Below are positions 1 through 7,579 of a stretch of 64,000 nucleotides of DNA, one piece after another. How positions within the stretch are numbered: position 1 is the first letter of the stretch; each line of letters starts with the position of its first letter. The stretch spans positions 124,001 through 188,000 of IMG/VR virus record IMGVR_UViG_3300030616_000016; one strand, 5' to 3'. The notes below the pieces were generated by a model. The model did not search any database. It was not told where the DNA came from and saw nothing but the letters and a program-made list of their open reading frames with translations. The translations under genes and the position numbers were made by a program.

Positions 1-962
1 GGAGACCAAAGCCTTGTGCCTTTGGGTCCGCTTTCAATATAAGCACTAGCACCGTCGTATTTTATTCTTACATCACCATCTTTACCAACAATTCTTTTGA
101 ACTTATCAATATCCTGGTCATATGTTAGATGGAGCCTGTCTTTAACAGCCGGCGCGTTTGGTTTCTTAACTCCAAGACTAATAATAGGCACACTTCTATT
201 ATCATTCTTATCCATGATTTTATATAGATAGAGTTTTCTATTATTGATAATATGAGGCGCGCTTATCTCTAGTGAGTTCTCACTACCATGCATATATATT
301 GTCTTAGATGAAACTACCTGTCTGGATTCGCCTGCTCCATAGCCTGTAGGCCCATTCTCTTCTCCTATCCAGGATGTTTCTGCATCCTTAGGAGAATGAT
401 CAAGATTTTGTGCCAGCCAGGCATTACCTTCAAATTCAGACCTGACAAGCTGCATGATTCTATCTTTAGTTGCTTCAGTAATAGAACCATCAGTATTTTT
501 GCTTATCTTAAAATCTTGTGGAAGACGCTTCACAATACTAATGTTACCAATGTGTATATCTACATGGTTACCTGCCTTATTTGCTTCATGTAATATAATG
601 ACCATTTTGGTAAATTGCGCCTTAGCCTTAGTAAATTCATTTGTTCTTCCTGCAGATAGATTGTTAGCAGAAGTAGGACGGCTTGTGTTTACAATTGATG
701 TTAGCATTCTTGCACAAGACTTTGCACATGGTTTTCTTACTGCTTTATTGAACAACATATTACCAATATGCTCAGGAAGCCTGTCTTTCTTGTATGCATC
801 ATACAACTTGTAAGCACTTCTGAATCTTCTGGCTCTACTAATTACTTTTGCAAGTCTTCTGCTCTTGAAAATGAGCGGACCTACAATTAGCTCTTCTGCT
901 ACTTCTCTATATAGAAATTCAGCGTCATGAGTTTTCTTCTCAACTCTCGCTAGAATGTTCAT
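1..962 (-). CDS. ATP-dependent ligase with N-terminal LigD-type 3'-phosphoesterase (PE) domain; partial, C-terminus beyond the left edge
   Basis: Hand translation from ATG 962 is open to position 1 (absent from the ORF track because no stop). PE-like motifs: IILHEANKAGNHVDIHIG (H..HxD, nt 599-546), WLAQNLDHSP and GPTGYGAGES. Ligase motif I KYDG at nt 62-51. Confidence 0.7.
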   Translation of the reverse strand, partial: MNILARVEKKTHDAEFLYREVAEELIVGPLIFKSRRLAKVISRARRFRSAYKLYDAYKKDRLPEHIGNMLFNKAVRKPCAKSCARMLTSIVNTSRPTSANNLSAGRTNEFTKAKAQFTKMVIILHEANKAGNHVDIHIGNISIVKRLPQDFKISKNTDGSITEATKDRIMQLVRSEFEGNAWLAQNLDHSPKDAETSWIGEENGPTGYGAGESRQVVSSKTIYMHGSENSLEISAPHIINNRKLYLYKIMDKNDNRSVPIISLGVKKPNAPAVKDRLHLTYDQDIDKFKRIVGKDGDVRIKYDGASAYIESGPKGTRLWS

Positions 963-974
963 GGTCTTTCTCCG

Positions 975-1307
975 TTAGTGTTGTGAGCCACAGCTTGAAC
1001 ACACGCGTGTATCTACTGAAACATCTCCCCCACAAAATTTGCATATAAAGTTCTTTGTATCTTTTATGTTTTTGACACTGCACGACTCACATACGTTACT
1101 ATATTTCGCTATTGTTTCTATATCTATGTTCTGTGGAACAAGGAATGCGACTATTTGTTCGTATTTCCCAGCAGTGTAGTAATCTTGACAGGTTATGCAA
1201 ACGCATTCCTCGATGAACTGATATACATCATACTTATATGTATCAGGGTCTACCCATTTTTTGATTTTAATTAAGTCTCCTTGTATGAACTTTAGGTATG
1301 TCCTCAT
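975..1307 (-). CDS. Accessory protein with C-terminal zinc ribbon
   Basis: Ends CKFCGGDVSVDTRVCSSCGSQH; GGAG SD upstream. Confidence 0.75.
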   Translation of the reverse strand: MRTYLKFIQGDLIKIKKWVDPDTYKYDVYQFIEECVCITCQDYYTAGKYEQIVAFLVPQNIDIETIAKYSNVCESCSVKNIKDTKNFICKFCGGDVSVDTRVCSSCGSQH

Positions 1308-1316
1308 CTGAATCTC

Positions 1317-1661
1317 CTAAATACTTGTCTCACATCCGCAGTTCTTACAAACACCTTTTTGTATTTCATCGCTGCCACAGAATTCACAAATTGCTAATTT
1401 CGCATATCTAATCGATTCGGATATTAAAAAATATTTTGAACCATTTGATACTATAAAGCAATCGGTAGGAAATAGTGCATCAACAGACTGTATGGTACAA
1501 ATTTTATCTCTTATTAAGTCTTCCACAAGTACATCAAATAGTTCTGTGCTTCTAATTCCTTTTGCATCAGTAAGTGTTGTTTTCATAGGATATGAACGAG
1601 GTATATCGAATACGATTTTTAGCTTATGTTTTATGGCATGCATTGCTTCTTCTATGGTCAT
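1317..1661 (-). CDS. Accessory protein with C-terminal zinc ribbon (start re-assigned to MTIEEAM)
   Basis: Ends CEFCGSDEIQKGVCKNCGCETSI. ATG 1661 has an AAGGA SD and removes the overlap with 1685-1891. Confidence 0.7.
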   Translation of the reverse strand: MTIEEAMHAIKHKLKIVFDIPRSYPMKTTLTDAKGIRSTELFDVLVEDLIRDKICTIQSVDALFPTDCFIVSNGSKYFLISESIRYAKLAICEFCGSDEIQKGVCKNCGCETSI

Positions 1662-1684
1662 AATATTATCCTTTGGAAATGATA

Positions 1685-1891
1685 TTAGGCAGCAAGCTTC
1701 CATACTCCAGCTGAGGCGCCTGCTAATGCCCATGTAGAAGAAATGCCCATATATGTCAATATACTTGCTCCTCCAAGAGTGGAGAGGCATAGCAATGAGA
1801 ATCCTTTCCAGTGATTAGCTATTCCTAAAAAGAAATTTTTTGCTGATGACACGAATGAGTTTGTAGTTCTTGTAATAAAGTCTTTCATCAA
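1685..1891 (-). CDS. Small membrane protein
   Basis: Two hydrophobic Gly/Ala-rich segments; GAGG SD. Confidence 0.55.
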   Translation of the reverse strand: MMKDFITRTTNSFVSSAKNFFLGIANHWKGFSLLCLSTLGGASILTYMGISSTWALAGASAGVWKLAA

Positions 1892-1915
1892 TATACCTCT
1901 GATAAAATGTTAGTT

Positions 1916-2104
1916 TTAGTAATTTGCTATCTGACATAGTGTCACTGCAATAAGAGTTGTTACGACTATGGCGAAGCTTATTGACGCAAGTGAGCCGCAT
2001 CCCATTAGATTTGTAAAGAAATATATGGCCGCGCCGCATCCTCCTCCAATAGCTCCATTCATAAACTTCTGCATTTTTGTTAGTTTTCTTTTGTTATCGT
2101 ACAT
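1916..2104 (-). CDS. Small two-TM membrane protein (start MYDNKRK)
   Basis: AGGAG SD before ATG 2104; two hydrophobic helices. Confidence 0.6.
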   Translation of the reverse strand: MYDNKRKLTKMQKFMNGAIGGGCGAAIYFFTNLMGCGSLASISFAIVVTTLIAVTLCQIANY

Positions 2105-2114
2105 GTTGGTTCTC

Positions 2115-2426
2115 CTAAGTATTAGTTTCACATCCACAATTGCAGCATACTTCATCTTGAATCTCCTTACTGCCACAAAATTGACATTGTATTTCATAAG
2201 GAATTATATATCCTTCATCTACCCAGCGTCTGAGAGTAGTTGCTGTAATTGCGCTCCAGTTACTGCCACACCCTATTTCATTTAGATTACAATCTAGTCC
2301 AATCAGATAAAATGCAGCATCGCAAACGGAATGACGTTCTACTCTGAATATTTGTCCTGAATTGCGCTCAATTTTATCTGTCCATTGCCATAGCTCACCA
2401 ACTTGTGGCATTCTTGTTTCACTCAT
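2115..2426 (-). CDS. Accessory protein with C-terminal zinc ribbon
   Basis: N-terminal PQVGELW (SH3/KOW-like start); ends CQFCGSKEIQDEVCCNCGCETNT. Confidence 0.75.
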   Translation of the reverse strand: MSETRMPQVGELWQWTDKIERNSGQIFRVERHSVCDAAFYLIGLDCNLNEIGCGSNWSAITATTLRRWVDEGYIIPYEIQCQFCGSKEIQDEVCCNCGCETNT

Positions 2427-2598
2427 TTCTCCTCCTTAGATGACAGTGCGCAATATATGCCATATCTGCTATTACTCCTGCAAATAGTGAATTTGAGAAG
2501 TCGGCGCCAAGTGCCTTCATAAGAGAAAACATGATAAGTCCAATAACTGTTGCTATAAGAATTTCCTTACTAGCATTATATGTTTCTTTAGAGCTCAT
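2419..2598 (-). CDS. 59-aa membrane protein (below ORF-track cutoff)
   Basis: MSSKETYNASKEILIATVIGLIMFSLMKALGADFSNSLFAGVIADMAYIAHCHLRRRNE*; AGGAG SD; stop overlaps the next gene. Confidence 0.6.
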   Translation of the reverse strand: MSSKETYNASKEILIATVIGLIMFSLMKALGADFSNSLFAGVIADMAYIAHCHLRRRNE

Positions 2599-2633
2599 TA
2601 TTATATCTCCTATTATTTGCTATGCATTTCTTG

Positions 2634-2904
2634 TCAAAAGTTGCCAAAAACGTGTGCGTGCTTCTTGTTCCCATGCTATACGCCGGTCTTTTACGTCAGG
2701 GCCATCGCATTACACGTCTCAGATTTGTTCTGAGTGCGGCAAAAATGTCAAGAAATCGTTGTCCGCAAGAACCCACATATGCTCCTGCGGATTCGTTGCG
2801 AATCGAGATCACAACGCAGCGTTGAATATTTTGCGACTCGGGATGGAGTCGCTTGCAGCTTCGACTGCATAGATGCTCGGCAATTCATTGCCGAGAGCAT
2901 TCAC
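2634..2904 (+). mobile_element. tnpB: Internally deleted IS200/IS605-family element: 3' end of tnpB plus right-end hairpin
   Basis: YTSQICSECG...KSLSARTHICSCGFVANRDHNAALNILRLG* (2711-2872) matches the TnpB Zn finger/RuvC-III. Perfect hairpin CTCGGCAAT-TC-ATTGCCGAG (2876-2895), end TTCAC (2900-2904), no target duplication. Left boundary approximate. Confidence 0.8.
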
Positions 2905-3316
2905 TTTTGCGTTCTTCTATAGGCATTTCTGAATTGCAGCCGCAATTTAAACATACATCCTTAATCTCATTATGCCCGCAGAATTTGCATATGGCAATAG
3001 ACAGCTCACGTGGCTCGATAATTATATAGATATCTGATGTCCATTCTAAGATAACAAAGTCTATCTTCTCTCCATCATAACCCGTTTCTTTATAGACTCT
3101 TGCTATCTTCAATGGTTCGTGGTCTGCGCACTCAAGTGAGATACATAATAGCACGCCTTCTTCATCTACAATATAGCGTTCTTTATTATGTATTACATTT
3201 TGAGCCTTAAGCGCGGCAGGATTAAATGCATACCATGCATAATTATCATTAGGATCAACTATAACCATAACCTTTAGTCCATTCTTGTAGCACTGCCTTA
3301 CTTCTTTCAGTTTCAT
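2885..3316 (-). CDS. Accessory protein with C-terminal zinc ribbon; last codons supplied by the IS remnant
   Basis: CKFCGHNEIKDVCLNCGC; N-terminus similar to 11886-12305; stop lies inside the IS hairpin. Confidence 0.75.
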   Translation of the reverse strand: MKLKEVRQCYKNGLKVMVIVDPNDNYAWYAFNPAALKAQNVIHNKERYIVDEEGVLLCISLECADHEPLKIARVYKETGYDGEKIDFVILEWTSDIYIIIEPRELSIAICKFCGHNEIKDVCLNCGCNSEMPIEERKSECSRQ

Positions 3317-3346
3317 TATTTTTTCTCCAATATGGATTCACTTGTT

Positions 3347-3643
3347 CTAACTATCAATCGTAAAATCTATTGGATGGTGTATAGTATCGCCTCCTGGTTG
3401 TACTTTTGTGTCTTCTCTACTTTGTTGGTCTGTAAATTCGACATTGACCCATTTAAGAAAACGCATTGGCTCATATGTAAAATCACTAAATGACATTAAC
3501 TCCTGTGCCTCTTGAACTACTGTTACTCGTTCCAGCCATCGTGTTTCTTTAATGTTATTCTTACATATGGTTACTGGCAATAATGCAAACCATGATTTTA
3601 CACGTCTATTGCCTTCTTTCATTTCTTTCTTTTGGAATCTCAC
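3347..3643 (-). CDS. Hypothetical phage protein
   Basis: SWFALLPVTI...RWLERV pattern seen in small phage ORFs; GGAG SD. Confidence 0.55.
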   Translation of the reverse strand: MRFQKKEMKEGNRRVKSWFALLPVTICKNNIKETRWLERVTVVQEAQELMSFSDFTYEPMRFLKWVNVEFTDQQSREDTKVQPGGDTIHHPIDFTIDS

Positions 3644-3645
3644 GC

Positions 3646-3999
3646 TTAATCTCCTCTCATTTCCTCAAGTAGGATATTCAGTGCTTCCCTAGCACGGTCT
3701 GTAAGCCATTGTTGGTCACATGACATACGTAATAATGTGCATTTCATCGGCTTTTCTTCGCTATACATCCATTCAATAAGCTCCTCTGCTTGCTCCCTGT
3801 CTGCAACCTCGACAGTCAGGTAAACAATTTTCTTTCTTGTAAGCATATCTACTATGCCGTTAAAAGTTTTCTCTGCTTGTTCAGGGTTCATCTGTATCAC
3901 CGCCTTTCTTTGCCATAATCGATCTCCTATAGCGTTAATATAACAACTGTAGCGTATCCCCTTACATCTCCTTTCAATATACGATACCGTTAATGTCAA
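3646..3999 (-). CDS. Hypothetical protein
   Basis: Co-oriented, tightly packed ORF. Confidence 0.55.
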   Translation of the reverse strand: MTLTVSYIERRCKGIRYSCYINAIGDRLWQRKAVIQMNPEQAEKTFNGIVDMLTRKKIVYLTVEVADREQAEELIEWMYSEEKPMKCTLLRMSCDQQWLTDRAREALNILLEEMRGD

Positions 4000-4204
4000 A
4001 TTCTTCTATCTTATTTTCTACAGGCCCGATTTTATTACCTAATATGATTCCAGCTGCAAAACATTTTGCACATATAATACCTACATCCAAGTTACCTTGT
4101 GATCCATGTAGCTTGGAATAATTACTTTGATTTATTTCATGATGTGTTATTGTTAATCTTGATTTGCCTTCAGTTCTAACTAAATAAACATATGTTTTAT
4201 TCAT
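3974..4204 (-). CDS. Hypothetical protein
   Basis: Co-oriented ORF with AAGGA SD. Confidence 0.55.
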   Translation of the reverse strand: MNKTYVYLVRTEGKSRLTITHHEINQSNYSKLHGSQGNLDVGIICAKCFAAGIILGNKIGPVENKIEEFDINGIVY

Positions 4205-4229
4205 TGCTTATTCCTTTCATATTTTGGCA

Positions 4230-4607
4230 TTACAAAAGCATTGCGATTTCTTGAATAATAAATAGTTTGGGAGCAACGCATATTTTAACTAAGCATATTG
4301 TATTACAAATTATAAATGGTATAGAAACCAATCCGCAAGTAATTCCTGCTACCCAATAAAACACTTCTTTATTATCGCAAGAATCAAACTCCTTGGTAAT
4401 CAAGCAGTAAAAACAATAAATAGCTGTTGTCAATAATATAATGCCTGCTGTAACTCCAATTATAGACAACCAGAAATTATACCTTAGGAGCTGATTGACT
4501 ATATCTGGAGCCTGAGAAATAGCAAAATCCTTGGTTTTGACTATTGATTCCAGAATTTCCTTGACTAACGACATTGATTCTTTCTCCATATTAAATTTCC
4601 TTTCCAA
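4230..4607 (-). CDS. Two-TM membrane protein
   Basis: Two long hydrophobic segments. Confidence 0.65.
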   Translation of the reverse strand: MERKFNMEKESMSLVKEILESIVKTKDFAISQAPDIVNQLLRYNFWLSIIGVTAGIILLTTAIYCFYCLITKEFDSCDNKEVFYWVAGITCGLVSIPFIICNTICLVKICVAPKLFIIQEIAMLL

Positions 4608-4633
4608 TAAGGGTTAAATTGGCCTAATTCTTT

Positions 4634-4963
4634 TCACGATTGTTCACTTCCGCAGTTTGTGCATGTAGTACCACTAAGATTTGTATAGCCACAATATTTA
4701 CAACTGGCTGTTTCTACAACACTACTGTATGTCCAATAGTATCCTCCTGCAGATATGCATACCAATAAGTATTCGTCTATCTTTGATGCACTTGTTTTTA
4801 TAGTATCAATTATAAATGGAATGTTAAGCGGCGGCTGCATGGTCTCAGATAAGGAGTAATGGTCGTGCTGTGTTCCAAAACTTGGATATTCATTAGGTGT
4901 ATGCCTTCTAATAACACACTTGGTTTTATTCTCCTTGGCTATTTGAAGCTCTTGAATTGTCAT
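4634..4963 (-). CDS. Accessory protein with C-terminal zinc ribbon (HYS..QPP subfamily)
   Basis: HYSLSETMQPPLNIPF and YSSVVETASCKYCG...CTNCGSEQ; close to 12302-12622. Confidence 0.75.
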   Translation of the reverse strand: MTIQELQIAKENKTKCVIRRHTPNEYPSFGTQHDHYSLSETMQPPLNIPFIIDTIKTSASKIDEYLLVCISAGGYYWTYSSVVETASCKYCGYTNLSGTTCTNCGSEQS

Positions 4964-5036
4964 TTGATATTATCCTAACCATGGTAATATTCTTCAAGTT
5001 CTTCTACGAACTCATGCAATTCTTTAAAGACTGTTT

Positions 5037-5300
5037 CTACGCATTTGAGACTATGCCATCCGGCTTCTTTCCACTTTTGCAATTTCCTCTGTTGTAATAT
5101 CCACTGTTGTTTTTCTCATCTACAGCCACTTTAATATCCTCCTTTGACAGATTTTTAACAAGTTTTATTTTATTTGTACACGCCTTATCCGAACATACTA
5201 TACGGTCATTGTCAAATCCACATCCGTACACTGGCAACATGATTTCACCACAAATATCACACTTGATCTGCACCTCAATAGCCCTTATAAATTGGTTCAT
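5037..5300 (-). CDS. Cys-rich hypothetical protein (3' region possibly frameshifted)
   Basis: CDIC...CSDKAC; starts at an ATGA junction. Confidence 0.5.
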   Translation of the reverse strand: MNQFIRAIEVQIKCDICGEIMLPVYGCGFDNDRIVCSDKACTNKIKLVKNLSKEDIKVAVDEKNNSGYYNRGNCKSGKKPDGIVSNA

Positions 5301-5665
5301 TGTTCACCGTCCTTCAATAATTCCGGGTTCTCGTGGATGTTGCCGATAATTTTGCCACTTGTGGCACCATAAAAAATTTGCCCGTCTTCGGTTTCAATAT
5401 AAAAAGTTCCTCCCATCCATTTAACTACACCAATGAGGACGATTTCGAGATCGTATTTTATAATATCACCTTGATAAACATCTTTGTCATCCCTGTCTTT
5501 AATATCGGTGAAGAACTCAGCAATACAGCCCTTTGCCAGCCTCTGAAAATAAGTGTGTCTAAGGTCAGCAACACAAAGCTCGCCGTTTGGGTTGAGGTAA
5601 TATTCATCTTCGTCATGGTCATACTTGCCTTCGTTTTCATTCCATACCCTGAATTTACCAGTCAT
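5297..5665 (-). CDS. yopX: YopX-family protein
   Basis: KFRVWN...TDIKDRDDKDVYQGDII...IIGNIHENPELL. Confidence 0.85.
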   Translation of the reverse strand: MTGKFRVWNENEGKYDHDEDEYYLNPNGELCVADLRHTYFQRLAKGCIAEFFTDIKDRDDKDVYQGDIIKYDLEIVLIGVVKWMGGTFYIETEDGQIFYGATSGKIIGNIHENPELLKDGEQ

Positions 5666-5713
5666 TGTTCTCCGTCCTCCTGTTCTGGTTCTGGTTCCGG
5701 TCCACCGTCTGGA

Positions 5714-6175
5714 CTATTGCTCTGATCCCACCACCTCAAACCACCGACACCGATATTTATTTCCAGCTTGATGAATTTCAGATAATTTAGTTCGTACTTT
5801 AATAATCTCTACCTTATTGACACTGTATTCTTTCGCATGTCGCAAAGTGGGCCATAAATATAAGCCGGGATGACATTCTGTGGTGCATACTGAGAAAAAA
5901 TCAGCCGAGTAAAACCGACCATCTCTATATTTATCAATATGCCCAGCTTCCCGAGTTCGATAACCAATAGCATAACCTTCGTCAATTTCGGGCCAGTCCG
6001 TTGGCGTGTTTAATGTCGCGTTCGGATCTAAAACGGTGTTCGACAAATTGGCTCCGGACAGATTAGCTCCGGACAGGTTGGCTCTGTACAGATTAGCTCC
6101 GGACAAATAGGCTCCGGACAAAGATGTCCCTTCGATCTCTTTTAACAATATTCCATCTTTATTTTTGATTTTCAT
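5714..6175 (-). CDS. Pentapeptide-repeat protein
   Basis: GTSLS GAYLS GANLY RANLS GANLS GANLS, then a Cys/His domain. Confidence 0.75.
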   Translation of the reverse strand: MKIKNKDGILLKEIEGTSLSGAYLSGANLYRANLSGANLSGANLSNTVLDPNATLNTPTDWPEIDEGYAIGYRTREAGHIDKYRDGRFYSADFFSVCTTECHPGLYLWPTLRHAKEYSVNKVEIIKVRTKLSEIHQAGNKYRCRWFEVVGSEQ

Positions 6176-6395
6176 TTTTTATCTCCATCAGCCACTGCCT
6201 TTCCCGATAATAATCGTCCCATCTTTCCTTCCAATACGCATCGTTCTCTTTCCTGCAATCCGGGCAGAGTGTAACCCAATTTTTCTCTTCATCAGTAAAA
6301 AGCGTGTTCTGTCTATATCTTTCAGCGTCATTTGCACCGCACGCTTGACATTTATTCTCTTTTTTAATATCCTTTAACTGAGATTCTGTTTTCAT
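6159..6395 (-). CDS. Small zinc-binding protein
   Basis: CQAC...CPDC. Confidence 0.6.
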   Translation of the reverse strand: MKTESQLKDIKKENKCQACGANDAERYRQNTLFTDEEKNWVTLCPDCRKENDAYWKERWDDYYRERQWLMEIKNENQK

Positions 6396-6895
6396 TGTTC
6401 ACCGTCCTTCCAGACGATGCCGACGATTTTGGCACGCTTAATTTTTTTGTAATCTAAATGGTATAACGAATTGTACCAGCCGCCGCTGTTTGCCCCAAAC
6501 CAGCCATGAGTAGTGCTTATTATATAATTATCAGGACGGCCCGGTTCCACCTGTAGCAGGCCGAGGCATTGGTTGAGATCCATGAGTTTGGATTCTGTTT
6601 TTAAAAGACCGTATATTTTATATAGTCTTTTAGTTCCAAATCTTTCTTTGTGACGTTTTTTCTCCGGCTCAATTAATCTGTACCCCTCTGGCAACTGGTA
6701 AATAGGCTTCTCTGGCTCTAGCTCTTTGAGTTCCAAGCCGATTTCTTCTGGGTCGGTGTATCCCATTGGGCTGTTATAACCACAACAACATACTATATAG
6801 TTTGACATTGTACTTAGTGTAAGTTTATGGCCAAGCGAGGTTGCTGCTTTGTTTATCACATTCTCATACGGACATTTATAATCTTCAATCTTCAT
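6392..6895 (-). CDS. Hypothetical protein
   Basis: ATGA-coupled at both ends; ends KDGEQ*. Confidence 0.6.
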   Translation of the reverse strand: MKIEDYKCPYENVINKAATSLGHKLTLSTMSNYIVCCCGYNSPMGYTDPEEIGLELKELEPEKPIYQLPEGYRLIEPEKKRHKERFGTKRLYKIYGLLKTESKLMDLNQCLGLLQVEPGRPDNYIISTTHGWFGANSGGWYNSLYHLDYKKIKRAKIVGIVWKDGEQ

Positions 6896-7194
6896 TCACC
6901 ATCCTCCTGTGGTTTGATAGTTATTTTGCCATCTAAACAAAAGTGTTTGCAGTTTTTTCTTCTACCTTTTATTGATTTACATAGTATATTTTTATATGCG
7001 TAGCAAACTGCAAAATAAGAAATATTCCACGCTGAAATACCCCATGCTGAAATGTCCCATGCTGAAATATTCTCTGCTGAAATATTTCTTGCTGAAATAT
7101 CCCCTGCTGAAATACTAAAACTAATATCAATGTCACAGCATATGCACACATCATCATCAATAACAGCAGTATTAGTTTTATCAACGTATTTCAA
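6892..7194 (-). CDS. Pentapeptide-like (ISAxx) repeat protein; start either TTG 7194 or ATG 7223 via -1 shift
   Basis: ISAGD ISARN ISAEN ISAWD ISAWG ISAWN (15-bp repeat); ends PQEDGE*. Confidence 0.65.
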   Translation of the reverse strand: MKYVDKTNTAVIDDDVCICCDIDISFSISAGDISARNISAENISAWDISAWGISAWNISYFAVCYAYKNILCKSIKGRRKNCKHFCLDGKITIKPQEDGE

Positions 7195-7241
7195 TAACTC
7201 TTCCTGTTTTTTATTATAATCATTCTCCGTCCTCCTCTGGT

Positions 7242-7568
7242 TCAGTCAATAACGTTTCGTATTTCATTTTCAAATGGATCGACCTCACGTACAATTCCGA
7301 TTTTATATTTGCCGGGCGATAGTGTTACTGGTCCATGCTCCTGATGCATAACGATTGCCTCTTTATCAACATAGCAATAGTGTTCGCCAGTGGCATCTTC
7401 CATTAGCATAACTCCGTCTGCAACACACGAATGATGGTGCCCTGTGACTTTTCCTTCAGCAAAAGTAACAAGTCCTTTTCGTGTGTTTTTTACCGGCTTT
7501 AAATTCGCAGGTATGCTATCAACTTCCTTAAACAGTACATCTCCCTGCTGTATTAAACGTTTCTCCAT
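7242..7568 (-). CDS. QGDV...EGxxTGHxH phage protein, usual partner of DUF6745-like genes
   Basis: IQQGDVLF, FAEGKVTGHHH, HQEHGPVTLSPGKY. Confidence 0.7.
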   Translation of the reverse strand: MEKRLIQQGDVLFKEVDSIPANLKPVKNTRKGLVTFAEGKVTGHHHSCVADGVMLMEDATGEHYCYVDKEAIVMHQEHGPVTLSPGKYKIGIVREVDPFENEIRNVID

Positions 7569-7579
7569 TATTTAAACTC

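Noticed and set aside
2531-2872. 113-aa ORF as a functional TnpB
   Set aside because: The N-terminal half is antisense to a real membrane-protein gene; only the last ~55 codons are TnpB-like and RuvC-I/II are missing.
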